NCBI GenBank assembly: GCA_011364975.1
Contig: RDOE01000003.1
Location: forward strand, 1-64,000
Direction: 5' to 3'
Length of the DNA stretch: 64,000 nucleotides
DNA from: Promethearchaeota archaeon
Lineage (GTDB): Archaea; Asgardarchaeota; Lokiarchaeia; Sigyniarchaeales; SOKP01
The translations under genes were made by a program, and so were the position numbers. Under the pieces are notes generated by a model. It was not told the origin of the DNA. It ran no database searches and saw only the letters and a list, made by a program, of their open reading frames with translations. Of this stretch, positions 51,233-61,118 are shown piece by piece; position 1 is the first letter of the stretch, and every line of letters begins with the position of its first letter.

Positions 51233-52294
51233 ATGAATGAATTTCCTCAATTTGATGATGTAGGTAGCTTTCCCTTACCGCAAAATATAGATAAAGAAAC
51301 TTTCAATAAATTTTATTGGATTGCTTACAAAGCTTTTGTTAATAATGTCGATATTTATGAAAATCGGGGTATTTTAACCTATTATATAAATCCACTTATC
51401 GAGGCTTTTAGATTTAAATTGAATGCAGGAGTTCAAATTATAAATTATCCGCAATTAATGGATATGCATAACCAATTCTTAAAACCTATTGCTGATTTTG
51501 AGTTAGAGCCTGGACTAATTCAAGATGACAAAGCAGTAATATCTGAGGCTACCCTTATTTATCAATTTGCCAAAAAGTATTATGAAAACAATTCAAAACC
51601 AATAAAATTAAAATTATGTGTCACTGGTCCAGTAGAACTTTATGTTAAAAAGCATAAATTCACAGTTTATTATGATTTGGCCCTAAATTATGCAAAATCA
51701 GTAAATAAATTTTTAAAAAATTCAATAATCAATAATAAATTTATACAAACTTCGATCATTTCAATAGATGAGCCCTCATTTGGCTATGTCGATTTATTAA
51801 ATATCAGCGATGACGAAATTGTTAGATTATTTGACAAATCTCTTGAAGGAACAAAATCTCATGGGAGTAATGTTCAAATTCATATTCATACTTTAAATAG
51901 AGCTGATGTTCCGCTTAAATCTAAATATATTGATATCTTGACATGTGAATATGCCTCAAATAAATCAAACAAAATCCCCTATAAAACCTTAGAACAATAC
52001 GACAAATTTATTCGGGTTGGAATCTGTAGAACCAATATTGATAATATCATTGCTGAAAATCTAGATAAAGGAAAAAAATTGGAATATTTGCAAACACCAC
52101 AAGGAATGTCTAGTCTAATTGACTCAAAAGACATGATTAAAAAAAATCTAATGGAAAGTATAACTTTATATGGTTCCCGTTTAAAATATATTGGTCCAGA
52201 TTGTGGATTAGGCGGTTGGCCTTCTCAAAAGGCGGCTTTTGAACTTCTTTCGCGAACTGAATCGGTTATTCGCGAAGTAAAATATGAACTATAA
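51233..52294 (+). CDS. cobalamin-independent methionine synthase-like protein (single MetE catalytic barrel)
   Basis: DDVGSFPLP, TGP, IDEPS, GPDCGL; metal motif reads HIH rather than HxC. Confidence 0.75.
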   Translation: MNEFPQFDDVGSFPLPQNIDKETFNKFYWIAYKAFVNNVDIYENRGILTYYINPLIEAFRFKLNAGVQIINYPQLMDMHNQFLKPIADFELEPGLIQDDKAVISEATLIYQFAKKYYENNSKPIKLKLCVTGPVELYVKKHKFTVYYDLALNYAKSVNKFLKNSIINNKFIQTSIISIDEPSFGYVDLLNISDDEIVRLFDKSLEGTKSHGSNVQIHIHTLNRADVPLKSKYIDILTCEYASNKSNKIPYKTLEQYDKFIRVGICRTNIDNIIAENLDKGKKLEYLQTPQGMSSLIDSKDMIKKNLMESITLYGSRLKYIGPDCGLGGWPSQKAAFELLSRTESVIREVKYEL

Positions 52295-52360
52295 TATAAT
52301 TTAGTTTCTCAAAAAAATAGAGCTTAAAATAGTTTATCGAAGAATAAGAATCAAAAGATA

Positions 52361-52969
52361 TTGTCATTATTTAGCATGATAATTGATCATTTGACTCAAT
52401 CAATCCAATTAAAGATTTGTTATTTTGGACCAGCTCTATCTGGAAAAACTACTTCGATTAAAGCGCTTTTTAATCATTTTGGAATAGAAGAAAGAGTATT
52501 ATGTATTGAAAGTAGTGTAAATCGTACCCTTTTCTTTGATTATGGAACAATAACTTTTGAAAATCAAAAATGGCTGCTCAAACTTCATCTTTATTCAACA
52601 ACCGGACAAGACTTTTATATAATTACAAGACCAACCACTCTAAAAGCATTAGATGGCATGATTTTTGTCATCGATTCCCAAGAAGATGCGTATTATCGAA
52701 ATTTGACTTCATGGTATGAGTTATATAATTACTTTGAGGATGAGCTCATTAATTTACCAAAAGTTTTTGCTTTTAACAAGCAAGATTTATTTGATTTATT
52801 TGAACCTTCCCTTTTCTTAGAAAATATCAATTATTTTAAACTTAATAATCTATTAATTAACAACACAATTGCAATTGAGGGGGAGGGCATTCTAAACTGC
52901 TTTGAAGATTTACTATCCCTGATCTTTAACAATTTAAATAAAACACCATTAGCTACGCTACCTACTTAA
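52361..52969 (+). CDS. MglA-like small GTPase
   Basis: KICYFGPALSGKTT, RTLFFD, STTGQ, NKQDL as in MglA family. Confidence 0.85.
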   Translation: MSLFSMIIDHLTQSIQLKICYFGPALSGKTTSIKALFNHFGIEERVLCIESSVNRTLFFDYGTITFENQKWLLKLHLYSTTGQDFYIITRPTTLKALDGMIFVIDSQEDAYYRNLTSWYELYNYFEDELINLPKVFAFNKQDLFDLFEPSLFLENINYFKLNNLLINNTIAIEGEGILNCFEDLLSLIFNNLNKTPLATLPT

Positions 52970-53111
52970 ATCATAATGGATTTATATTTAATATTTTATT
53001 TTCTATTTCCTTCTTATTTTATTGGATATCTTTAGTATTATTAAAAGTAATAAATTCATATCTAGACAGTTATTCTTCATAAAAAACAAGTTTTTATAGG
53101 TGAATTCGTAT

Positions 53112-53133
53112 TCATTTAATGTAAATTAAATGA
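53112..53133. promoter_or_regulatory. palindromic operator candidate in hsp20-cdc48 promoter
   Basis: TCATTTAAT-GTAA-ATTAAATGA perfect 9-bp inverted repeat just downstream of TATA-like TTTTTATA (53091-53098). Confidence 0.5.
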
Positions 53134-53184
53134 TGTTAATTTGTTCTTTACAAATAATTAAAAAAAAAAAGGATTGAACATAAA

Positions 53185-53802
53185 ATGTCTGATGAGTTTG
53201 ATGATGATTATAATGATTTTTTTGAACGTATACGGGATTATTTGAAAATTGATCCTGAAAAGTTTGATTTTGACATTATATTCATGCCCGAATTAGATTT
53301 AAATCAAAATTTTAATCCAGATAACCAAGAATTTAATGGGTTTAAAGTGAACTATCATTTTGAAAAAGGAATGGACAAGCCCGAGATAAAAATTGAAGGA
53401 GATTTTGATAATGAAAAACTTAAGGATTATTTTAAAAATTTAAATGTTCAAAACTATCCTCGATTAAAGCCCTTTATAAGAAAGCAAAATAAGAATATAA
53501 TTGAGAGTCGTTCCTTAACATTACAGCCAAGAGAAGAGGAGTTTGTAATCAAAAAAAAGGATCTTTACTATGAATTAAATTTAACAACGAATGGTGCTGA
53601 AATAGTAGTCGAAGCTCCGGGTGTAGAAAAAGGGCATGTCATTTTATCATTAACTGACAACGGAAAGAAATTGAAAATTATTATTCGAAATAGATTTGAT
53701 GAATTTGAGAAGATAATACCATTACCATTTGAATCTATTTTGGAGAATCACAGTTTAGAAATAAATAATGGTATCATTTCAATTGAGATTTATAAAAAAT
53801 GA
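53185..53802 (+). CDS. Hsp20/alpha-crystallin-like small heat shock protein (divergent)
   Basis: VVEAPGVEK, IPLP, INNGIISIEI; adjacent to cdc48. Confidence 0.75.
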   Translation: MSDEFDDDYNDFFERIRDYLKIDPEKFDFDIIFMPELDLNQNFNPDNQEFNGFKVNYHFEKGMDKPEIKIEGDFDNEKLKDYFKNLNVQNYPRLKPFIRKQNKNIIESRSLTLQPREEEFVIKKKDLYYELNLTTNGAEIVVEAPGVEKGHVILSLTDNGKKLKIIIRNRFDEFEKIIPLPFESILENHSLEINNGIISIEIYKK

Positions 53803-53876
53803 AATTAAAATCATAAAAATAAAGAAAAAAAATTATAATTATAGATATTAAATAAGATTATAACTGATGGGGAATC

Positions 53877-56192
53877 ATGAGTGGAATATCAACACGATAT
53901 AAAGATAAGAATAATAGATTAAGAGTAAGAGATGCATTTAAAGAAGATTCTGGTGCTGGTCGAGTAAGAATCGATGCTGAAATAGCGAAATCCTTAAAGT
54001 TACAAAATGGTGATGCTATCGAGATCGTCAATCCTACGACCAAATCAAGAACGGTGGGATTATTATTTCCGAGTAAACAAGAAGATGAATCCACCGGAAT
54101 AATAAGACTAGACCAATATTTAAGAAGAAATATTAATATAGCGATAGATGATATTGTAGAGATACGTAAAATTAAGGCAGTTGCTGCTGAAGAAGTAAAA
54201 CTTGCTGGATTAAAAGAGGCTGTTATTATAAGTCCTAAATATTTGGCGAATGTTTTAGAAAATAGAGTTATAACTAATGGTGACATTTTAACTTTTTATA
54301 ATTATAACAAGAGATATGATTTTGTTGTTGTAGACTTCTTTCCAAAAGCAGAAGCAGTTCAGATTCAATTAGATTCAAAAATTACATTTAGTAAAGAAAC
54401 TCATAAAGAATTAATTGAAAGAGAAAAAATTAGAGTTAGTTATGAAGATATTGGTGGATTAGGAGATGAAATTCAAAAGATTCGGGAAATGATTGAATTA
54501 CCGATTAGACATCCGGAACTATTCAAAAGAATAGGGATTGACCCTCCAAAAGGAGTATTACTTCATGGACCCCCCGGTACTGGTAAAACGCTATTAGCAC
54601 GGGCAGTTGCTTTTGAGACTGAAGCTCACTTTATAACAATCAGTGGTCCCGAAATAATGAGCAAATTCTATGGTCAAAGTGAAGAAAATCTGAGGAAAGT
54701 TTTTGAGGAAGCAAAAAAAGAGGCACCCTCGATTATTTTTATTGACGAATTAGATTCTATTGCTCCAAAAAGAGGAGAAGTCACTGGAGAAGTTGAAAGA
54801 AGAGTAGTTGCACAGTTATTATCTTTATTGGACGGATTAGAAGGGCGAGGAGAGGTTATTGTTATTGGTGCGACTAATCGAGTAAATGATATTGATCCTG
54901 CTTTAAGACGGCCAGGAAGATTTGACCGAGAGATTGAGATTGGTGTACCTGACACTAGTGGTCGCCATGAAATTTTACAGATTCATACACGCGGTATGCC
55001 TTTAGATGAAAAAGTTAATTTAAAAGAAATATCCGAAAAAACTCACGGTTTTGTGGGTGCTGACATTGAAGCGTTAGCAAAAGAGGCTGCCATGTTAGCA
55101 ATTAGAGAGATACTTCCAACAATTAATTTAGATAAACCTATACCTTTTGAAGTTTTAGACTCAATAAAGATTAAAATGGATAACTTTACTACAGCTTTAA
55201 GTAGTATCGAACCTTCTGCCTTAAGGGAAGTAGTAATATCGCAGCCCAAGGAAACCTGGGATGATGTTGGAGGATTAGAGGACGCTAGATTGCAATTACA
55301 AGAAGTAATTGAATGGCCTCTGAAATATCCTGAGTTGTATAAACATCTTAGCGCTAAACCCCCTAATGGTATCCTATTATATGGCCCACCAGGTTCAGGT
55401 AAAACACTAATCGCAAAAGCATTAGCTCATGAGAGTGAAATCAATTTTATTTCAGTAAAAGGTCCTGAATTCTTATCAAAGTGGGTTGGAGAGAGTGAGA
55501 AGGCAGTGAGGGAGACCTTTAGAAAAGCACGTTCTGCAGCACCTTGTATCATATTTTTTGATGAAATTGATGCCATAGCAGGCATACGAGGAAGATTCGC
55601 TGGTTCAGAAGTGACAGAACAAGTGGTATCTCAGCTATTAACTGAAATGGATGGTTTAGAAGACCTAAAAGATGTAATCTTAGTAGCAGCAACAAATAGA
55701 CCGGATATGTTGGATCCTGCTCTATTACGATCGGGAAGGTTTGGAAGGCACATTGAAATCCCTATTCCTGATTATGAAGCGAGAAAACAGATATTTAAAA
55801 TTCATCTTAAAAATAAACCTATTTCTAAAGAGATATCAATAGAACAACTTACTGAGCAATTAGAGGGTTATACTGGAGCAGATATTCAAGCAATATGTGA
55901 GGAAGCTACTCTTTTCACAATAAGAGAGGCAATTTCCTTAGTAAATGAAAGAAGACGTGAATTATTTGATTACAATCAAAAATTAGAGCTATTAAAAATT
56001 GAGAAACCTAACAATCCAGAAATTACCCAACTAACCGATAAAATAAAGGAGCTACAATCTAAAATGTTAAGTAAAATATCTATCTCAAAAGAAGCTTTAG
56101 ATAAAGCTATTGATAAGGTTCTCAAAGGAGCTGAGAGAGCTAAGAAGGCTCAGGAAAATTATTCAAAAGCAGCTGAAGATTTGTATCGATAA
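53877..56192 (+). CDS. cdc48: Cdc48/VAT (p97) AAA+ ATPase
   Basis: double-psi N-domain, two Walker A ([16 protein letters not shown]), two SRH ([17 protein letters not shown]), C-terminal HbYX tail LYR. Confidence 0.97.
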   Translation: MSGISTRYKDKNNRLRVRDAFKEDSGAGRVRIDAEIAKSLKLQNGDAIEIVNPTTKSRTVGLLFPSKQEDESTGIIRLDQYLRRNINIAIDDIVEIRKIKAVAAEEVKLAGLKEAVIISPKYLANVLENRVITNGDILTFYNYNKRYDFVVVDFFPKAEAVQIQLDSKITFSKETHKELIEREKIRVSYEDIGGLGDEIQKIREMIELPIRHPELFKRIGIDPPKGVLLHGPPGTGKTLLARAVAFETEAHFITISGPEIMSKFYGQSEENLRKVFEEAKKEAPSIIFIDELDSIAPKRGEVTGEVERRVVAQLLSLLDGLEGRGEVIVIGATNRVNDIDPALRRPGRFDREIEIGVPDTSGRHEILQIHTRGMPLDEKVNLKEISEKTHGFVGADIEALAKEAAMLAIREILPTINLDKPIPFEVLDSIKIKMDNFTTALSSIEPSALREVVISQPKETWDDVGGLEDARLQLQEVIEWPLKYPELYKHLSAKPPNGILLYGPPGSGKTLIAKALAHESEINFISVKGPEFLSKWVGESEKAVRETFRKARSAAPCIIFFDEIDAIAGIRGRFAGSEVTEQVVSQLLTEMDGLEDLKDVILVAATNRPDMLDPALLRSGRFGRHIEIPIPDYEARKQIFKIHLKNKPISKEISIEQLTEQLEGYTGADIQAICEEATLFTIREAISLVNERRRELFDYNQKLELLKIEKPNNPEITQLTDKIKELQSKMLSKISISKEALDKAIDKVLKGAERAKKAQENYSKAAEDLYR

Positions 56193-56232
56193 CATCAATA
56201 ATATGAAAAAGGTATCATAGGAGGAAAAAATT

Positions 56233-57051
56233 ATGGAATTAGAAGAAAGTGAAAGAGAAGAGCAGTTAATTAGTTTAGACGCTTTATTAGAAATTCTTGG
56301 AAATCCTACAAGACGGATGATTTTATCAAAATTGGCTAAAGTCCCTCATTCTGCGCCCGAGTTGGCAACTTCTTTAGGTATAACACGGCAAGCAGTACAT
56401 AGTCAGTTGAATACGCTAATTGATAATAATATTATAGAAGATATTGATCCCGAGGAAAAGAGAGGAGGAAAATATAGAATTAAAAGCAATTTATCAGTAC
56501 GGATTGATATTTCTCCTGATTATTATGATATTAGATATCATACCAGAGAATCTGGATCTGGAGCTGATATTAAAGAATTAAAAGATCTTACATGCTCCAT
56601 AGATTATTCTAAAATTAAAACAGCAGAAGAAAAACTCATCTTTATTGGAGATCAGATAAGAAATATAGAAAAAGACATTCTTAATCTCGAAAGCAATAGA
56701 AGGGAACTTGTAAATCAAAAAGAATGCCTTATATTAGAGCTTAAAGATATAATGAATAACCAGTATAAGCAAAAACTCGTGAACTTGTTAAAGGAAAGTG
56801 GTTTGAGCGAGAAAAATTTGCGAACTAGCTTAAATCTAAGCGAAGAGATCTTTTTTACAATGTTTTTTCATCCTGAACGATATTTTGATCGAATCAACAT
56901 CAATGAATTATTAGATGATTTATTCTTCTCAAATATGGACAGATATGAAAGGCCTCAGAAATTTGGTTCTGTAAAACAACTCTTAGAAGATTTGTCTCGT
57001 TTAATGGGATTCCTAAGAGAGGATGATGATGATTGGTTTTTTAATTTCTAA
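56233..57051 (+). CDS. ArsR-type wHTH regulator, Phr/HSR1-like heat-shock repressor
   Basis: LLEILGNPTRRMIL...ELA..LG...QAV..L..L...KY.I...L...I.ISP followed by coiled coil; synteny with hsp20 and cdc48. Confidence 0.8.
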   Translation: MELEESEREEQLISLDALLEILGNPTRRMILSKLAKVPHSAPELATSLGITRQAVHSQLNTLIDNNIIEDIDPEEKRGGKYRIKSNLSVRIDISPDYYDIRYHTRESGSGADIKELKDLTCSIDYSKIKTAEEKLIFIGDQIRNIEKDILNLESNRRELVNQKECLILELKDIMNNQYKQKLVNLLKESGLSEKNLRTSLNLSEEIFFTMFFHPERYFDRININELLDDLFFSNMDRYERPQKFGSVKQLLEDLSRLMGFLREDDDDWFFNF

Positions 57052-57118
57052 TTACTTTATTTCATTTTACAATTTTTAACTTAAAAATGGTTTAATATAA
57101 CACTAAATTGGTGGGATT

Positions 57119-57625
57119 ATGGATTTACAAGAATTGAAAACAGAGTTACCTGAAATATTTAAACAAGTCAAAAAAGATGTACGAAAGGTTTTAGGTCGTA
57201 ATGTGCATCGGGCTGGCTTAAGCTTAGGTCTCGTCGAAATGGGAATGTTTCAGGGGGGTTTTATAGGTGGTATGCATTTTGCTCCCGGAACCGATATAGT
57301 AATGAATAAAACCCCGTTAAAAATCATCCTATCATCTCAACCTTATGAAGTAGTTTGGGCTTATGTTTATCATATACTTTTACATGAATATATTCATTCT
57401 TTAGGGATAATTAATGAGCATATATGCAGAGAAAAAACTCTTGAAGTGAGTAAAGAGATATTTAAAGAAGCTGATCATCCCGCAATTATTCTTGCTGAAA
57501 AAGGTATTGGTTTTTTTATACCAAACTTGAAAATAACCTATATTCCTCCTGAAATGCGGCCAGATGGTTTGCTGATTGAATATATCTCCAATTTTGATCA
57601 AGACAGTATGACTTATTATTCCTAA
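57119..57625 (+). CDS. small zincin metallopeptidase
   Basis: HILLHEYIHSLG (HExxH) with downstream Glu. Confidence 0.75.
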   Translation: MDLQELKTELPEIFKQVKKDVRKVLGRNVHRAGLSLGLVEMGMFQGGFIGGMHFAPGTDIVMNKTPLKIILSSQPYEVVWAYVYHILLHEYIHSLGIINEHICREKTLEVSKEIFKEADHPAIILAEKGIGFFIPNLKITYIPPEMRPDGLLIEYISNFDQDSMTYYS

Positions 57626-57719
57626 TCTAAATAGGTTATTTCAATTATCAGTTAATATTAATAAAGTAGAGTAATTAGTATAATTTGAACATATTAATTA
57701 TACGTGCTGGAGATATATC

Positions 57720-58784
57720 ATTACTGAAGCTTCAAAAAATCAAGATCATGAGCTCGATGAAATCGAAAAAACATTAGATCTTGCATTAAACGAATTACTT
57801 TTAAAATGGAAATTTAAAAATGTAAATAAAACTTTACACTATGACATTAAAAAATGTATCGGATGTTCTTTATGTAAGCTGGTTTGTCCTGTTGATGCAA
57901 TAGAACTTGGACCTATACCTGAAATAGCTCAAAATATATTAGATGACACTAATCCAAAATTGCTCATAGACCATGAAAAATGTTGTTATTGCTTATTATG
58001 TGTAATAGTATGCCCTACTGATGCTTTTCATGAAAATATTGAACCTGAAGGACATATTTCTTTAGATGAGTTTCCCTCAATAGGTAAATTCTATAAAATT
58101 GATATAGATAATTGTATAGAAGATATAAATAATGAAATCTGTCAATTATGCTTAAATGTTCGTGAACGTAATCAGATTAAGGAGTATTATAAAATATCAA
58201 AAGAATGCCCGACAAATTGTTTTTCTATTGATTCTCCTATAAATGGAGATGTACTCATTAAAAAAAATATGCTGCATAAATGTGATCCCCAAGGATGTAA
58301 AGCTTGTATTAATATATGTCCTGTGGAATCATTTTTTATCCCTGAGAGTGCCGAAGATGTAGTAAAGTATGGGAAAATAGCTTGTAATGAGGATAAGTGC
58401 TTTTACTGTGGCGCATGTGAAAATTCGTGCCCAGATGATTTAATAAAAGTCAATCGAACTGATATCCGAATCTTAAATCCTAAAAAGAAAGGTAATTACC
58501 CATGGATAGAAGGTTGGCTAAATAGTATAAAGAAAATATTACGTACGGCTTTAATTGAGGGAAAAGAGCAAATTCAAATTCCAACAGTAGAAGAATATAT
58601 AGAACAAATTAAGACAAAAGAATTGAGAGATGTACCTCAACTTTCTGAAGAGGATAAGAAGCAATTTAATGCTTTAAACGGAAAAATTCAGAATATGCTA
58701 AGTTCATCAAAAATTAGATATTGGATCAAGGATAAAAAAGTAGATAAAGTAGTTAAGGAATTAAGAAAATTTCTTAATCCGTAA
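57720..58784 (+). CDS. FwdF-like polyferredoxin (start probably ATT at 57720)
   Basis: in-frame CIGCSLCKLVCP upstream of the TTG at 57960, then CCYCLLCVIVCP, CDPQGCKACINICP, CFYCGACENSCP. Confidence 0.85.
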   Translation: MTEASKNQDHELDEIEKTLDLALNELLLKWKFKNVNKTLHYDIKKCIGCSLCKLVCPVDAIELGPIPEIAQNILDDTNPKLLIDHEKCCYCLLCVIVCPTDAFHENIEPEGHISLDEFPSIGKFYKIDIDNCIEDINNEICQLCLNVRERNQIKEYYKISKECPTNCFSIDSPINGDVLIKKNMLHKCDPQGCKACINICPVESFFIPESAEDVVKYGKIACNEDKCFYCGACENSCPDDLIKVNRTDIRILNPKKKGNYPWIEGWLNSIKKILRTALIEGKEQIQIPTVEEYIEQIKTKELRDVPQLSEEDKKQFNALNGKIQNMLSSSKIRYWIKDKKVDKVVKELRKFLNP

Positions 58785-58788
58785 AAAA

Positions 58789-59325
58789 ATGAAAAATAGC
58801 TTATCATTTAAAAACAAACCAAGAATTTTAGTGTTCCTACATGGAACCAGTATCATGCATAGAAACGCCTTAGGACTTTCAAGAGAGAAAATAATACAAC
58901 AAATTGTAGAAGGGATTGATGATTCAATCATTGATTTTATTTCATATATTCCAATTGGTAATGTTGTAGAAAAATTAACTACATGGCAGAAACAAGGTGC
59001 TCAGATATCTTATCTGAGTTCACATTTCTCTCTTGAAGATGTTAAAAAAGATGAACTAGTATTAAAGAGATATAGGTTTCCAAAAGGACTTATATTCTAC
59101 CGAAAAGAGAAAAATTGGAATTTACCAATTGAAGAAGCTAAACCAGATATACTAATTGAGGATAATTGTGAGAGTATTGGTGGTGAGTATCAAATGACTT
59201 ATCCTAATCTTAACCTTAAATTGAAATCTAAAATACATTCAATTGTTATAAAAGAATTTAGCGGAATTGATCAGCTTCCCGATGATATCGAAGAATTAAA
59301 AAAATTTAAATCTCTCTCTTTTTAG
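58789..59325 (+). CDS. HAD-fold-like hypothetical protein
   Basis: ILVFLHGT (degenerate motif I), YLSS, PDILIEDNC. Confidence 0.55.
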   Translation: MKNSLSFKNKPRILVFLHGTSIMHRNALGLSREKIIQQIVEGIDDSIIDFISYIPIGNVVEKLTTWQKQGAQISYLSSHFSLEDVKKDELVLKRYRFPKGLIFYRKEKNWNLPIEEAKPDILIEDNCESIGGEYQMTYPNLNLKLKSKIHSIVIKEFSGIDQLPDDIEELKKFKSLSF

Positions 59326-59453
59326 ATTACTTAATATTGAAAATCTAGCAAGGGATTGATAAACCAACTTACTGAATAATAAATTCTTTAAAAATCATCC
59401 TAAAATCTTTTATTTAATAAAATTAATATTAATCTTTATAGAGGTGGATTTTA

Positions 59454-59723
59454 ATTAGTCAAAAAATTTTTAAAATAGTCGGAACCATTAAAGATGTTAA
59501 AGGACATTGTACTGCTAACCATAAAAAAGGTGAGCACTTTGAATTAAGTGGTCATAGTGCTAATGGATTATGTGGATTTTTTTATCATGATATTTTTCCA
59601 TCTATCTTAACACTACAATTTGGTGGAACCTTCCCTTGGTCGTCAAATCCAGACATCGTTGAAGTAGAATGCCCGGATCGAATGAATACGGTAAAGATGG
59701 AATTAAAACGAATAAGAAACTAA
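59454..59723 (+). CDS. TIGR04076-like small Cys-containing protein (not in ORF track; ATT start)
   Basis: own translation: ISQKIFKIVGTIKDVKGHCTANHKKGEHFELSGHSANGLCGFFYHDIFPSILTLQFGGTFPWSSNPDIVEVECPDRMNTVKMELKRIRN; SD GAGGTGG at 59441-59447. Confidence 0.8.
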   Translation: MSQKIFKIVGTIKDVKGHCTANHKKGEHFELSGHSANGLCGFFYHDIFPSILTLQFGGTFPWSSNPDIVEVECPDRMNTVKMELKRIRN

Positions 59724-59869
59724 AATATTAGAAGTTATGTGAACTTCTCTAATTTTTTCTTACTTTTTCAATAATTTTATTGAGACTAAAAACCTGTTTG
59801 TTTTTATAATTAAAATTGAACCTAAGTACAATTAATCAATAAAAATGAAAAATATTAGTACATTTTATT

Positions 59870-60142
59870 ATGATTCTAAAATTAAAAATTAAATCAAATC
59901 ATACTACTAATAAAAAACAAATCTTCGTTTGGATACAGAATAATAAAGAGTTTAAGAATGATATTGACCAACTTTTACAATTCTTTAAGGATAATACTAA
60001 GATAAAGACAATTTACAAGCTTCATAAATATTACAAAATAACTTCCCGAAATCCAGCTATTATGCTCTCTCTTCTTAGCACGATTCAAGAAATAATACCA
60101 GAAATATATTTTACATCCGATGGAACCATCGATCTTGAGTAA
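59870..60142 (+). CDS. hypothetical protein
   Basis: 90-aa ORF with ATG start filling the gap before the tRNA. Confidence 0.55.
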   Translation: MILKLKIKSNHTTNKKQIFVWIQNNKEFKNDIDQLLQFFKDNTKIKTIYKLHKYYKITSRNPAIMLSLLSTIQEIIPEIYFTSDGTIDLE

Positions 60143-60246
60143 TTTACTAAAGCTTGATTCTTTAATTTCTATTTAATCCATCCCTATAATTAGTAAATTT
60201 CTCTCTTCTTTACAATTTCATAACTTTAAATTTTAAGTAGAATGAG

Positions 60247-60348
60247 TGGGAGAGGGGGGATTCGAACCCCCGGCCCCTTGGTCCCAAACCAAGATTCATG
60301 CTGTAGAAAGGCACACTACAGTATCATACCAGGCTAGACCACCCTCCC
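60247..60348 (-). tRNA. tRNA-Pro(UGG) with 28-nt intron (60295-60322)
   Basis: acceptor GGGAGGG/CTCTCCC, D-arm GTCT-AGCCTGGTA-TGAT, anticodon arm CTTGG-TTTGGGA-CCAAG, T-arm GGGGG-TTCGAAT-CCCCC; CCA not encoded. Confidence 0.93.
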
Positions 60349-60539
60349 GTTAACATATGGGATGAGATACTTTAACATTACATCCAAATCATTTCAAGAA
60401 AAAACGATTGATTGTAAATTTTTTACTTATTCAATTTATATGATGATATAGATAACAAAAAATAGTAAAGTAAAAAAATTTTACCTTTGGTAATAAAGGT
60501 CATTTGTAACAAAATATTAAACTAAATTCACCTTATAAA

Positions 60540-61118
60540 ATGAAAATATCTATTAATTTACAACAGATCGGAGAATTGGATAGGACTATTTTAAGAACTC
60601 TTAAAAAAAATCTAAAATGGGCATTAAAAAGCTTTAATATTAATCTTGAAATTCTTGAAGAAGTTATCCCATTAACAACTGCAGAATATAATCCTTTTAA
60701 GAGACAGTATGATGCAAATTTGATCATGCAAAATCTCTTTAAATCTTATAAAGAGAAAGGCCTTTTTCGAATTCTTGGAATTCTGGATAATGATATTTAT
60801 GTAAACCGATATAATTTCATATTTGGTTCGGCGAGACATCCAGATAAAATATATTCACCGTATTCACCAGTTGCTTTAATCTCCATTTTTCGCTTACGAG
60901 AGGAATTTTGGGGGTTTCAAGCGGATCAAGCACTATTTGAATTAAGGATTTTAAAAGAAGCTTTACATGAACTAGGTCATACGTTCGGATTAATTCATTG
61001 TGAAAATGATTGCATTATGATTTTTTCAAATTCTATTGATGATACTGATAATAAACCTCCAAAATTTTGTGAAAGCTGTAAGTCAAGTATAGAAATCTTT
61101 CTTAAAAACGAAATCTAA
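60540..61118 (+). CDS. amzA: archaemetzincin Zn metalloprotease
   Basis: RQYDA, NFIFG, KEALHELGHTFGLIHC...CIM.FSNS...D.K...FC..C. Confidence 0.93.
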   Translation: MKISINLQQIGELDRTILRTLKKNLKWALKSFNINLEILEEVIPLTTAEYNPFKRQYDANLIMQNLFKSYKEKGLFRILGILDNDIYVNRYNFIFGSARHPDKIYSPYSPVALISIFRLREEFWGFQADQALFELRILKEALHELGHTFGLIHCENDCIMIFSNSIDDTDNKPPKFCESCKSSIEIFLKNEI

